Positions 17,665 to 28,194 are shown, counted from the stretch's first letter. The stretch: DNA of 64,000 nucleotides from Halioglobus sp. (GCA_965262875.1 CBDHGD010000002.1:42984-106983); one strand, 5' to 3'. Translations and numbers: made by a program. Notes: a model not told the origin generated them from the letters alone.

Positions 17665-18524
17665 TGCGTTCTTTGCGGCGTATTGTATGGATCGGATCCT
17701 TTCCCAAATCTGGCAACACATGGGTGCGGGCCTTTTTGGGCAACTATTTCCAGCCAACAGGAAAAAATCTGTCAATCAACGAGTTGTCTTCGATAACCAC
17801 ATCGGATGTGCGTCAAGACTGGTTCGATAAAGCAGCAGGGCGACCGTTCGTTGGAAAAAGCTTTGATGAGTGGCTTCTCCTGCGTCCAGACGTTCTAAAA
17901 CTGATTGCACAATCACAGCCCAATAACAGGTTTGTCAAAACACATTCGAAAATAGCCCGTATAGGGAATATTGATTTAATTATGCCCGAGGTCACGGCGG
18001 CGGCAATTTGCATCCTGCGCAATCCTTTTGATGTCGCTGTTTCTTTTGCGCGTCATGCAAGCATCCCGATTGACGTCTCGATTGACCGGATGTGTGACCC
18101 TCGCAATATGGTCGCAAGTCAGAACGGGGTTATAGAGGTTCTGGGGCGTTGGGACGATCATATTCAAAGCTGGACAACGGCCCCCGGATTACCCCGTCAT
18201 ATTATGCGTTATGAAGATATGGTGCATAATCCCGAAGGGGCATTTCAGGGATTGTTGCAGTTTTTACAAGTGCCTGTTCAGCACAAAAAAATGCGGCAGG
18301 CATTAGAAAAATCGTCTTTCAAGGTTCTTCAAGAACAGGAACGCAAAGACGGTTTTCTGGAAAAACCGCTTGGTATGGAAAAGTTCTTTGTTTCGGGGAA
18401 ATATGGCGAATGGATGAAGGCTTTGACCCCGGAGCAAGTGGCGCACATTCAGGATGAATTTGGGGCCACAATAGAAGCGTATTTCCCCGAAGTCGGGAAA
18501 GAGGCACAAGAGTTGCGCCATTAA
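17661..18524 (+). CDS. sulfotransferase-domain protein 2 (tandem paralog)
   Basis: FPKSGNTWVR and ILRNPFDVAVS. Its start overlaps the upstream stop (GTGATG). Confidence 0.8.
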   Translation: MMRSLRRIVWIGSFPKSGNTWVRAFLGNYFQPTGKNLSINELSSITTSDVRQDWFDKAAGRPFVGKSFDEWLLLRPDVLKLIAQSQPNNRFVKTHSKIARIGNIDLIMPEVTAAAICILRNPFDVAVSFARHASIPIDVSIDRMCDPRNMVASQNGVIEVLGRWDDHIQSWTTAPGLPRHIMRYEDMVHNPEGAFQGLLQFLQVPVQHKKMRQALEKSSFKVLQEQERKDGFLEKPLGMEKFFVSGKYGEWMKALTPEQVAHIQDEFGATIEAYFPEVGKEAQELRH

Positions 18525-18610
18525 ACCCGCCCGCATATGGAGTACCGCATAACTGGGATTTGAAAACAGTTTGAAAAAACGGGTGGGGATACTTGTGTCT
18601 AAAAATATTC

Positions 18611-18632
18611 GACCCTATTGTGAATCGGGTCT
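18611..18632 (+). promoter_or_regulatory. conserved motif GACCCTATTGTGAATCGGGTCT, site 1
   Basis: The core TTGTGAATCGGGTCT is identical at three sites, always in the same orientation relative to the downstream gene. This copy ends 32 nt before ATG 18665. Confidence 0.5.
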
Positions 18633-18664
18633 TTTAACCAAAACGACGCTCTCGGAGGAGATCA

Positions 18665-19624
18665 ATGAATAATTTTGCAGTACGCGTTTCGTTGATCGTC
18701 GACGAAGCAGAAGGCATTCGCTCTTTTCGGCTCGAAGCCGACAATGGCAAACAGCTTTCTGAATTTCGTGCAGGATCCCATATAGACGTAAAGGTCGGGC
18801 CCGACATCACGCGGCCGTACTCGCTTTGCGGTCCGCAAAACGATCCGGATCACTATCTCATCGCCGTGAAGAGGGAGCCTGAGTCTCGGGGCGGATCGGT
18901 GGCCATGTTCGACAAAGTTGTCGTCGGGAGCACATTGGAGATCAGCCACCCGAGGAACAACTTCGAGCTCGACGAAAAAGCTGGTCATACGGTTCTGTTG
19001 GCAGGTGGAATTGGGATTACGCCAATTATTTCAATGGCTGACAGACTAGGTGATCTGGGTCGATCCTTTGAACTGCACTATTTCACCCGGTCGCCAAAGG
19101 CGACTGCATTCCACGACCGTCTTTCCAAGGTCAACTACACTTCAAATATTCACTCCCATTATTCCTTGGACCCCGAGGACACGAAAACCTATTTGCAGAA
19201 GTTGCTTTGGAAGCGCCCAGAGGAAGGACAAATATATTTGTGTGGACCAAAGCCCTTCATGAGTTTGGTAGATGATGTGGCTGCTTCCACCTGGCCACCG
19301 GACTCGGTGAAAAGAGAGTACTTCACCGCAAACTCAGAATTTTTGGGAAGTGCACGTGACAGTTTTGAAGTCACGTTGGCGCGGAGTGGGGGAACATATT
19401 ACGTGCGGAGCGATGAGACGATTCTCGATGTTCTTTACGATAACGGGGTTAACGTGAACTACTCCTGCGAGCAAGGCGTTTGCGGCACCTGCCTCACGGG
19501 CGTTGTCGAGGGAATACCTGATCACAGAGACAATTTTCTGACCGAAAAACAAAAAGAGGTCAACGATCGGATGTGCATTTGTGTCTCTCGCGCAAAATCA
19601 GGCAAGTTGGTTCTGGATATCTGA
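18665..19624 (+). CDS. PDR/VanB-family oxidoreductase (flavin + NAD + 2Fe-2S)
   Basis: RPYSL flavin motif, LLAGGIGITP NAD motif, C-terminal CEQGVCGTC...C ferredoxin cluster. Confidence 0.85.
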   Translation: MNNFAVRVSLIVDEAEGIRSFRLEADNGKQLSEFRAGSHIDVKVGPDITRPYSLCGPQNDPDHYLIAVKREPESRGGSVAMFDKVVVGSTLEISHPRNNFELDEKAGHTVLLAGGIGITPIISMADRLGDLGRSFELHYFTRSPKATAFHDRLSKVNYTSNIHSHYSLDPEDTKTYLQKLLWKRPEEGQIYLCGPKPFMSLVDDVAASTWPPDSVKREYFTANSEFLGSARDSFEVTLARSGGTYYVRSDETILDVLYDNGVNVNYSCEQGVCGTCLTGVVEGIPDHRDNFLTEKQKEVNDRMCICVSRAKSGKLVLDI

Positions 19625-19672
19625 CAACAGCATCCTGACAATGCCGGCTCGGGCGTATACAGAGGGCGCGAT

Positions 19673-21322
19673 TCACCGCGCGGCTGCCTGCCGTGCGACC
19701 GATTGCAGCTGTTCAAATACCTCGAGGCGGGCCTTGTGGGTTTCCTGTGTTGCGCCTTCTTGTGGTTCGTAAATGGACGCAAATGAGGACATTCGTTCCA
19801 TTGCTTCGTGGACATCTGCGTGGATGCCGCAAGCAACGCTCGCCAGGATCGCTGAGCCTAAAAGCACAGGCTCTTCGGTGGCTGGTGCTGCGAGTTCGAT
19901 GCCAGACGCGTCTGCCAGGACTTGCCGGATAAAGTCGCTGCGGCCTGCACCCCCACTTATGACGATACGCTCGATTTTTATCCCAGCTTTCGCTTGCGCT
20001 TCAATGATCTGACGCAACCCGTAGCCTATACCGAAGAGACCTGCGACGTAGAGAGCAATGAGACTCTCCAAATCGCGCTCCATGCCCAACCCTGCGATAA
20101 CCGCGCGAGTGTGCGGATCGGCGTGCGGCGCGCGGTTTCCGAGAAAATCAGGGACGACATGAAGCCCAGCCGCAAGGTCGCAAGAGGTGCTTTTTGGATT
20201 GTCCAACAGTCGTTTTTCTGCCTGCTGTAAAAGCCACTCCGGCAGTGACTGGCCAACCTGCGCGGCTTGTGAGGCAGCATCCGAAGCAAAGGGGTGAAAC
20301 TCCAGAAGATGGTCAATCGCAGCGCCGGCGGCAGATTGACCGCCTTCGTTGAGCCAGAGACCTGGCACCATGGCCGAGTAATACGGCCCCCAAACACCTG
20401 GAACAAAGACCGGATTGGAAGTGGTCGTCATTGTGCAGGAGGACGTGCCGAAAACGTAGGCCAGATTTGCCTCCGCCCCACCGCCGCCCTGCGCTCCTAC
20501 GGAACCGATGCCGCCTGCGTGGGCATCGATCAGACCCGCCGCCACGGTCGTTCCCGCGGGAAGTCCGATATCTTCTGCGGCTTCTTGGGTCAGACCTTCG
20601 CCCAGTGGAGTGCCTGCTGCCACCACATTCGTACCGATCCGTTCGAAATTCTCAACCTCTAGCTCCTCGAGACCTACGGCCCTGAAGAACTCGCGATCCC
20701 AGCCGCCTTCATGAGCGAGGTATGTCCACTTGCACGTGACGGTGCAGATCGATCTGGAATCGTCCCCAGTTGAGCGCCAGGTCAAAAAGTCTGTCAGGTC
20801 CATGAAGCGCCAGGCCGTGGAAAAAACTTCTGGCCGGTTTTCCTTGAGCCACAACAGTTTTGGCACCTCCATCTCCGGAGAAATGCGGCCGCCAACATAG
20901 TCCAGTACCTTTTGGCCGCTTGCGTTGATACGCTCTGCCTGGTCTAGGGCGCGATGGTCCATCCAAAGCATAATATTGCGGTCAGGATGGCTCGGGTCTC
21001 CAACAGGTAAAGGCGCACCATTTTCGCCCAACACAACCAGCGAACAGGTTGCATCAAAGCCAATCCCGCGAATTTGCTCTGGCGAAACTCCTGCCATCGT
21101 AACTGCTGTGCGCACAGACGTGACGACGGCTTGCCAAATATCGGCGCTGGATTGTTCAACGACGTTCGCGCTCTCGCGAAAAACGGAGACAGGGTGGCTG
21201 CTGGCAGCCATCATCTGACCGTCCAATGTGAAGACGCCCGCTCGGGCACTGCCGGTTCCGACATCTATTCCCACCAAATACTCTTGGGTTTTCTCAGGCT
21301 CTACTGACACCGCTTCTCTCAC
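19673..21322 (-). CDS. FGGY-family carbohydrate (pentulose/ribulo-) kinase 1
   Basis: YLVGIDVGTGSARAGVF N-terminus, GLIDAHAGG, ISGGAGRS. Confidence 0.85.
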   Translation of the reverse strand: MREAVSVEPEKTQEYLVGIDVGTGSARAGVFTLDGQMMAASSHPVSVFRESANVVEQSSADIWQAVVTSVRTAVTMAGVSPEQIRGIGFDATCSLVVLGENGAPLPVGDPSHPDRNIMLWMDHRALDQAERINASGQKVLDYVGGRISPEMEVPKLLWLKENRPEVFSTAWRFMDLTDFLTWRSTGDDSRSICTVTCKWTYLAHEGGWDREFFRAVGLEELEVENFERIGTNVVAAGTPLGEGLTQEAAEDIGLPAGTTVAAGLIDAHAGGIGSVGAQGGGGAEANLAYVFGTSSCTMTTTSNPVFVPGVWGPYYSAMVPGLWLNEGGQSAAGAAIDHLLEFHPFASDAASQAAQVGQSLPEWLLQQAEKRLLDNPKSTSCDLAAGLHVVPDFLGNRAPHADPHTRAVIAGLGMERDLESLIALYVAGLFGIGYGLRQIIEAQAKAGIKIERIVISGGAGRSDFIRQVLADASGIELAAPATEEPVLLGSAILASVACGIHADVHEAMERMSSFASIYEPQEGATQETHKARLEVFEQLQSVARQAAAR

Positions 21323-21339
21323 TTTCTTGATAATGTGGC

Positions 21340-22068
21340 TCAGAGATCAACGCTATTGGGCAAGATCACCATGTCTCGGATCACAACGCCTCGTTGACGG
21401 CTTAGCATGAACAGAACAGCTTCAGCCACTTCGCGCGGTTGCATCAGTGAGCCATTGGCAAGCGCTTCTTCCATTTTCTTTTTGGGCCAGTCGTCCAACA
21501 GCGCTGTTACGACAGGCCCGGGCAAAACCGCACCCATGCGGATACCGTGCTCGGATACCTGCCGGCGGGTAGCGTGCAAGAACGCCTGAACCGCAAATTT
21601 CGACGCCGTATAGATTGGTTCCCAGAGGACAGGCACAACACCCGCAACGGAACTCGTAAAGACGATATCGCCCGTTTCTCGCTCGATCATTCGCGGCAGG
21701 ACGGCATGGACGCACCGAAAAGCCGCATTGATATTGAGATTTAGCATCTGGTCCCACTCATCGGGATCACCATCAGCGGCCGCTCCACCTACATAGGCCC
21801 CCGCGTTAGCATGAAAAATATCAAGCGGACCAACCAAGTCTTCTATGCGCGGCAGTATCGAAGAGACTTGCGCCCCGTCGAGAAGATTGACGTTCAATGA
21901 TTTTGCGTTAGGACCAAGCTCTTCACATACTTCATTCAGACGATCTTCAGCATGATCGATGAGTACAACTTGTGCCCCCTCTTCGATCAAAATCCGGGCG
22001 CATTCCCGCCCTATACCCGAGGCTGCGCCTGTAATCGCTGCCGTTTTGTTTTCCATCAACTTTGCCAT
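21340..22068 (-). CDS. short-chain dehydrogenase/reductase (polyol dehydrogenase-like)
   Basis: [10 protein letters not shown] cofactor motif and YTASKFAV catalytic YxxxK. Confidence 0.85.
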   Translation of the reverse strand: MAKLMENKTAAITGAASGIGRECARILIEEGAQVVLIDHAEDRLNEVCEELGPNAKSLNVNLLDGAQVSSILPRIEDLVGPLDIFHANAGAYVGGAAADGDPDEWDQMLNLNINAAFRCVHAVLPRMIERETGDIVFTSSVAGVVPVLWEPIYTASKFAVQAFLHATRRQVSEHGIRMGAVLPGPVVTALLDDWPKKKMEEALANGSLMQPREVAEAVLFMLSRQRGVVIRDMVILPNSVDL

Positions 22069-22292
22069 GTGTTGCCTCCCCTCCGTCCGTGTGTAAAACG
22101 TTCTTTATTGCTCATCTGGTACCGAACCCAATGGCTTTCGATGAACCATTCAAAGCGCTTCCTAGCCTTGACGATGGTGCAGTCGATATGGCCTTGATTT
22201 CATGGTGTGCGATTCCAATCCGCCTAATATCCATTAGGCGACGTTTGATATCTGTCGCTTCCAGTAAACTGCGACCCATCTCGACCAAGTTG

Positions 22293-23444
22293 CTAGTTGT
22301 GTGCAATTGCGACCCCTGTTTCAGGGTTGAAGAGATGGATGTTTGAGAGATCTACGCTTGTGGAAATGACGTCTCCGCTCACCACGGATACGTTGCCTGG
22401 GATGCTTGCCATGAATTCAGTGTGGGTCTTGGCCCCCAGGTCTTCGACATCGTCATGAACGCCGGCAAATTGTCTAGGTCGTACGGGCTTTGACTCAACG
22501 TGAAAGATGACATGATTTTCGCTTCCTAATCTTTCGACCAGATCTGCCTTAATCTCGATTTTTGCATTTTGAGTATCAGGATCGTTGTATCGAAAATCGG
22601 TTGGCCGAATACCGACGATCAGCTCTCTCTCTTGCAGCCCCGACAAGTCACGGTTTTGGGGTATCGGGAAACTAATATCCCCAACATTGATCGCGTTATT
22701 TTCGATTTTCCCATGTGCAAAGTTCATTTCCGGTGTTCCGATGAATCCGGCCACAAACAGATTGACCGGGCGCGCGAAGAGCTCTTCAGGACTGGCGATC
22801 TGTTGTATCTTCCCGTCGAGCATGACACAGACCCGGTGCCCGAGCGTCATGGCTTCAGTTTGGTCGTGGGTGACATACATGGTCGTTGTACCCAATTGCT
22901 CCCGAAGGCGTAAAAACTCTGTTCGCATATGAACACGCAGCTTCGTGTCCAAATTGGACAACGGCTCGTCCATCAGGAACGCCATTGGATTTCGGACCAA
23001 CGCCCTTCCGATGGCCACTCTTTGACGTTGACCGCCAGACAACTGCATGGGCTTTCGATCCAGAAACCCGCTCAAACCCAGAGTTTCCGCAGCTTTAGTA
23101 ATCCGGTTTTCGGCCTCTGCTCGGTCAACCTTGCGCAGCTTCATTCCGAAGCCCAGGTTCTCGCGCACGCTCATATAAGGAAAGAGAGCATAAGTCTGGA
23201 AGATCATCGACAAGTCGCGGTCTTTGGCCGCGACCTCGTTCACAACCTTGCCGTCAATCAATATATCGCCGCTTGTGATACTCTCGAGGCCGGCGACCAT
23301 TCGTAGCAATGTGGACTTGCCACATCCTGATGGGCCGACAAGAACCAGAAACTCTCCGTCCGAGACCTCCAGCGAGAAGTCTTTTAGGACGGTTGCGTAC
23401 TGCCCATAGGTCTTCGTTACGTTTTTTATTTGTATTCGAGCCAT
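22293..23444 (-). CDS. sugar ABC transporter ATP-binding protein (MalK/UgpC-like)
   Basis: GPSGCGKST, LSGGQRQRVAIGRAL, MDEPLSNLD. Start set at MARIQIKN to avoid overlapping the upstream permease. Confidence 0.9.
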   Translation of the reverse strand: MARIQIKNVTKTYGQYATVLKDFSLEVSDGEFLVLVGPSGCGKSTLLRMVAGLESITSGDILIDGKVVNEVAAKDRDLSMIFQTYALFPYMSVRENLGFGMKLRKVDRAEAENRITKAAETLGLSGFLDRKPMQLSGGQRQRVAIGRALVRNPMAFLMDEPLSNLDTKLRVHMRTEFLRLREQLGTTTMYVTHDQTEAMTLGHRVCVMLDGKIQQIASPEELFARPVNLFVAGFIGTPEMNFAHGKIENNAINVGDISFPIPQNRDLSGLQERELIVGIRPTDFRYNDPDTQNAKIEIKADLVERLGSENHVIFHVESKPVRPRQFAGVHDDVEDLGAKTHTEFMASIPGNVSVVSGDVISTSVDLSNIHLFNPETGVAIAHN

Positions 23445-23469
23445 GCCGAACCTCCTTCTTGGTTGGACG

Positions 23470-24264
23470 TTAGTCGACCGCTCCAAAGGTCAGTCCGCGT
23501 ATTAGGTTTTTTTGTGTGACGATCAGGAGAATTACGATCGGGGCCATCAGCACCGTGGCTGCAGCCATCAGAGGTCCAATTTGGAAATTTTGGAAGCCCA
23601 TAAAGGACAGGATTGCGACTGGGCCGGTCTTGACCGAACCTCCCGCCAAAGTGAACGCGAATGCGAGTTCATTCCACGAAAAGATAAACACCAATATGCA
23701 GGTTGCGGTCAAACCCGAACGAACCATGGGCAAGGCGACAAACCCAAGCGTGTACCAGGTCCCGGCACCTTCGATATATGCCGCTTCAAGGATGTCACGT
23801 GGTATTTCGCTAAAGAAGCTCCGCAACATGAAGAACGCAAGCGCGATGCTAACAATCACATGCATTATAATGAGCGCAGTGAGCGTATCGAGGAGCCCGA
23901 ACTTTCGAAACAGTAGGAAAAACGGCAGCATGACGACAAACGGCGGCAGCATCCGTGTGCTTAAGATCCAGCCTTCAAATAACTCCCGTCCGCGAAAATC
24001 GCGTGTAGCGCAGACAAAGGCTGCGGGTACCGCCAGCAACATGATCAATAACGTTGAGATTGCCCCAATTATCAAGGAATTTACAATGCCGGTCATGAAG
24101 TCTTCTTTTTGGAAGACCGCCGCAAAGTTATGCAGGCTCATCCCGAAAAAATTGTCGGTAACGGTAAGCGGCGATTTGAGCGCGACGCCTACGACGTACA
24201 CTATCGGAGCAAACCATATTGCACAAAAAACGATGAGAAAAATCGCTCTGGCGGAAAGCTTCAT
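23470..24264 (-). CDS. carbohydrate ABC transporter permease (MalG-like)
   Basis: Multi-pass membrane protein with an EAA-like loop (EAAYIEGAG). Start at MKLSARA, preceded by GAGG. Confidence 0.85.
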   Translation of the reverse strand: MKLSARAIFLIVFCAIWFAPIVYVVGVALKSPLTVTDNFFGMSLHNFAAVFQKEDFMTGIVNSLIIGAISTLLIMLLAVPAAFVCATRDFRGRELFEGWILSTRMLPPFVVMLPFFLLFRKFGLLDTLTALIIMHVIVSIALAFFMLRSFFSEIPRDILEAAYIEGAGTWYTLGFVALPMVRSGLTATCILVFIFSWNELAFAFTLAGGSVKTGPVAILSFMGFQNFQIGPLMAAATVLMAPIVILLIVTQKNLIRGLTFGAVD

Positions 24265-24278
24265 TTGAAATACCTCAC

Positions 24279-25160
24279 TCAATTGAACTTTCCGATCAAA
24301 CGCTTCAGAAATGGTTGTGTCCAAAGCAGAATGACAATCAGCAGCATCAAAGCGAGCGCAGAGGCCTCGCCAAAATTAAGGTTTTGGAAGGCAATTCTAT
24401 AGAGCAGCATATTGAGCGTTTCTGTCGCATTGCCTGGGCCTCCGCCAGTGATCACCCAGATCGTGTCGAAGGAGCGGAACAGGTCGATGCTTCGAAAGAG
24501 AACCACAACCAGAATGAGCGGCTTCAGCATGGGGATGACGACGTATCGGCATACGTCCCAGTAGCCTGCCCCCTCCATTTCCGCCGCTTCTATAGGATCT
24601 TTCGGAATTGCAGACAGGCCAGCCAAGAAGATAAGGATTACAAATGGTGTCCACTGCCATACGTCGACAGCAATGAGTGAAGGCAAGGCAAGTGCCGGTG
24701 ATGCGGTCCAGTTTTGCCCAGACAGCCCAATGGACTCCAAGATCGTGTTCAGAGCGCCACCGGCAGGATTTAGGATCAGTCGCCAGGCCAACGCAAGCGC
24801 CACAGGCGTGAGGCCAAATGGCAAGATCAAAATTGTCGTGAATAAGCGATGGCCGCGGATTGGATTCCAAAGCGCAAGGGCGACGATGGCCCCAAGGACC
24901 AGCTGGATGGTCAATGAGCATGCGACCAACGCAAAAGTTAGGAAAACTGACTTGAGAAACGCTGCGCGACCAATAACCTCGGCGTAGTTTTCAAACCCAA
25001 CATACCCCGTCTTGAAAGGATCAACCAAATCGAGCGCTTGACCGCTATTCCAAACGTTGGCGAGAAACGGATATAGCGTAAGCGCCAAAAGGTAGATCGT
25101 AATGGGCGTGAGCATTAGGCATCGCGCCCAAGCCTCGGAACTCAAGTTGAACTTCTTCAT
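24279..25160 (-). CDS. carbohydrate ABC transporter permease (MalF-like)
   Basis: EAAEMEGAGYWDV loop. Start moved to MKKFNL (ATG 25160); the track's 83-aa N-terminal extension looks non-coding. Confidence 0.85.
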   Translation of the reverse strand: MKKFNLSSEAWARCLMLTPITIYLLALTLYPFLANVWNSGQALDLVDPFKTGYVGFENYAEVIGRAAFLKSVFLTFALVACSLTIQLVLGAIVALALWNPIRGHRLFTTILILPFGLTPVALALAWRLILNPAGGALNTILESIGLSGQNWTASPALALPSLIAVDVWQWTPFVILIFLAGLSAIPKDPIEAAEMEGAGYWDVCRYVVIPMLKPLILVVVLFRSIDLFRSFDTIWVITGGGPGNATETLNMLLYRIAFQNLNFGEASALALMLLIVILLWTQPFLKRLIGKFN

Positions 25161-25444
25161 CCGATTGCCCCACTTCGATGCCCAATTGTTGCGCCGATCA
25201 CGTCGTCGGGAAGACCAAGCAGATGTTCTGAAAATAAGGCGACAACACTGCCGTTTAGCATGCCCGAGATTGCCCTGAGAGAGCACAGACCACGTGCGGC
25301 ACTGCTGATCGATAGATAAACGCAAAACCGTACCGTTGTATGATTGCTCAGAGAAATCTTCATGTCCTTTCTGGTGAGCCATGAAACCCACCGGCAGTAT
25401 GGAGGCCATTGTTACCTGAATACAATTGTTGCAGGCACAATACT

Positions 25445-25465
25445 AGACCCGATTCACAACAGGGG
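25445..25465 (-). promoter_or_regulatory. conserved motif, site 3 (CCCCTGTTGTGAATCGGGTCT on the gene strand)
   Basis: Lies within the 643-bp non-coding gap upstream of the permease genes; one mismatch to the 18-nt core. Confidence 0.4.
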
Positions 25466-25803
25466 AATTGCATGAATAGCACATTGGGTTTGCAGAAATG
25501 AGTATTGTCTGATTCAACAGTTCCAGAAGAGTAATCTGGAGGACATCATCTTGGAAAAACCACTATCATTTCAATCCCTTGTATCAACCTTCTCCCTGGT
25601 AGTGATGACTACTGAATCACTTCAAATTCCCCGTGTAAAGCACAAAGTGTCAAATCCTTGGGCCGTTGGTATTACATATGGTGTGGACCGCGCTTTTGTC
25701 AATCCAACGTAGCATTCGGATCCGATGAACCCAGTTTTCTTATCTTCTTGAATTTCCATCATGTTTTTCTATTGTCTCAAACCGAGAACAATCCTCATTG
25801 TAC

Positions 25804-27438
25804 TTAGGACGGCATAAATATCTTGCCAGCATTTTGCAGGGCACAATATGCCTCAAACCGTTTGTCATGAATCTCGCGCAAATCTCCGTCGACTGGGTGC
25901 ACAATGCTTCCAAACGAAGACATACTTCTCATTGCCGTTGGGACATCCGCGTGTATTGATCCAGCGACCGCGCCAAGAATGCCAGCTCCGAGCAAAACGG
26001 GTTGGGAAGCGCTTGGAACGGCTACTGGCAGTCCGGTCGCGTCTGCGATGATCTGGCGCACCACATCGCTAGAGCCAGCGCCACCCGAGATCACGATTGT
26101 GTCGGTGCTGACGCCATTTTGCGTTTGTGTCTCGATAATTTGCCGTAGCCCATAAGCCAGGCCGCAAAGACCAGCGATGTAGAGAGCCATAAGGTTCTCA
26201 AGATCACTTTCAAAACCAAGACCCGCGATAACCGCTCGCGACTTTGGATCGGCAAATGGCGAGCGGTTTCCATTGAAATCAGGAACGACGATGATTTGCC
26301 CGGCAAGTTCGACAAGTTTTGACGGTGCCCGACACTTCAAAGCACGTTCCGCAAGCCAGTCTGGAACCGAAAGGCCTGCCTGGTCCGCCAGATCCTTTAC
26401 CTCATCATACGCAGCGTGTTGGGTCAATAGATGTTCGATGGCAGAACCTGCTGACGACTGACCGCCTTCGTTCAGCCACAGGTCCGGCACCATACCCGAA
26501 TAATATGGACCCCAAACTCCAGGAACAAAATGTGGATCCTGCGAGACGCTCAGCGTACATCCAGACGTACCAAATACATACGAGAGCCGACTGGTCACTG
26601 ATCCGATTTTGTCCGGTGCTCCAAGCGAGCCAACACCTCCGGCGTGAGCGTCCACCAACCCAGTACCCACCGGCGTGCCGGCACGCAGTCCAAGGTCTTC
26701 GGCGGCTTGTTCACTTAGCCCGGCCCCCAATGGGGCTCCGGGTTCAATGATCTCAGTGCCGATACGTTCAAACCCTTCGTCGGCCAAGACACCCAAACCG
26801 ATAGCTCTGTAGAAACCGGGGTCCCACCTCTTCTCATAGGCATCGTAAGCCCATTTACACGCTGCCGTGCATGTGGACCGCGAAAGACTGCCGGTTGCGC
26901 GCCATGTCAAGAAATCGGTGAGGTCAAAGAACTGCCATACGGCCTCGAAGGTCGCCGGTCGGTTTTCCTTCAACCATAGAACTTTTGGCAACTGCAATTC
27001 TGGAGAAACCTTGCCGCCGACGTACTTTAGGAGCTCGTGCCTTGTTGCGTTGATTTTTTCGGCTTGCGGGACGGATCGAAGATCCATCCATACAATAATG
27101 TTTCTTTCATCTTCTTCGGAGGGGCCGACTGGTAGCGGTATACCTCCTTCGCCGACAGCCACGAGTGAACCCGTTCCAGTGAACCCCACTCCGGAAACCC
27201 TCTCAGGCTCAATGTGGATCTCATCCAGCGCTGTACGGGTGGCATCGCATAAAGCCTTCCAGATTTGTTGACTCGACTGCTCGACTATGGACCCGGATTC
27301 TCGATAGGTAACTATGTCGGACGTAGACATGGCGAGCATCTGTCCCGAGAAATCGAAGACACCCGCACGGGCACTTCCGGTTCCAACATCTATTCCCACC
27401 AAGTAGCTCATATCACTAATAACGTCTTTCAAAATCAA
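25804..27438 (-). CDS. FGGY-family carbohydrate kinase 2 (paralog)
   Basis: YLVGIDVGTGSARAGVF, GLVDAHAGG, ISGGAGSS; collinear with 19673-21322. Confidence 0.85.
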   Translation of the reverse strand: MILKDVISDMSYLVGIDVGTGSARAGVFDFSGQMLAMSTSDIVTYRESGSIVEQSSQQIWKALCDATRTALDEIHIEPERVSGVGFTGTGSLVAVGEGGIPLPVGPSEEDERNIIVWMDLRSVPQAEKINATRHELLKYVGGKVSPELQLPKVLWLKENRPATFEAVWQFFDLTDFLTWRATGSLSRSTCTAACKWAYDAYEKRWDPGFYRAIGLGVLADEGFERIGTEIIEPGAPLGAGLSEQAAEDLGLRAGTPVGTGLVDAHAGGVGSLGAPDKIGSVTSRLSYVFGTSGCTLSVSQDPHFVPGVWGPYYSGMVPDLWLNEGGQSSAGSAIEHLLTQHAAYDEVKDLADQAGLSVPDWLAERALKCRAPSKLVELAGQIIVVPDFNGNRSPFADPKSRAVIAGLGFESDLENLMALYIAGLCGLAYGLRQIIETQTQNGVSTDTIVISGGAGSSDVVRQIIADATGLPVAVPSASQPVLLGAGILGAVAGSIHADVPTAMRSMSSFGSIVHPVDGDLREIHDKRFEAYCALQNAGKIFMPS

Positions 27439-27446
27439 TCCACGAT

Positions 27447-28103
27447 TTAGCCATTCGCAAGAAGTGGTCCAAGCGCGCTCATGTGGCCAACGACGATTTC
27501 CGCGCCTGCAGCATATAGTTTTTCATCATGACCATTGTTGATGTGACTGCCACCACTAAAGCCAATAGCGCGCGTTCCGGCAGCGACTGCACCCTGAATT
27601 CCGGAAAGACTGTCATCAATCGTAACACATTCACTGGGGTCCACGCCGAATGCCTTTGCGGCAAATTGGAATAGATCGGGTGATGGTTTACCGTGTGTCA
27701 CATCTTCTGCACTAAAGACATTCTTGCCAAAGAAGCGAGCGAGGTTTGTCACAGCCAATGTGACAGCGAGGCGACTGTGGCCGGAGTTGGAAGTCACACA
27801 AATGGGTGTTTTTAAGTCTTCTAAGAACTCAACAACCCCATCGATAGCTTTTAAGTCGGTACGAAACAATTTCATCAATCGACGCTCGTGTTCACAGACA
27901 TAACCGTCTGGCAGAATAATGCCGAAAGCTTCCAACACTATGCGCGGGTTATCTTTGAGGCTTTTGCCGGCGAACGTCTCATTTGTTTCTTCTTCTGACA
28001 GTGTTAAACCGTGTTCGGATAGGATCTCGGAGGTTACTCTGGCGGACAGAATTTCGCTGTCTGCAAGAACCCCGTCACAATCAAAGAAGATCAATTTAGG
28101 CAT
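27447..28103 (-). CDS. HAD-superfamily hydrolase (phosphatase/phosphomutase-like)
   Basis: FFDCDGVLADSE (DxDxV) motif I, TSNS motif II, IDDS motif IV. Confidence 0.8.
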   Translation of the reverse strand: MPKLIFFDCDGVLADSEILSARVTSEILSEHGLTLSEEETNETFAGKSLKDNPRIVLEAFGIILPDGYVCEHERRLMKLFRTDLKAIDGVVEFLEDLKTPICVTSNSGHSRLAVTLAVTNLARFFGKNVFSAEDVTHGKPSPDLFQFAAKAFGVDPSECVTIDDSLSGIQGAVAAGTRAIGFSGGSHINNGHDEKLYAAGAEIVVGHMSALGPLLANG

Positions 28104-28194
28104 TCGATTTCACCGAGGTAACTTGGGCGACAGTTGTCTTGGCAGCCTCTTTCAATGAATTGGAGCAGACGGCCAAGAAAGAACAACTATCTAG

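Noticed and set aside
23516-24268. A 250-aa plus-strand ORF opposite the ABC permease
   Set aside because: It is a shadow ORF. The minus frame encodes a typical multi-pass permease with an EAA loop in operon context.
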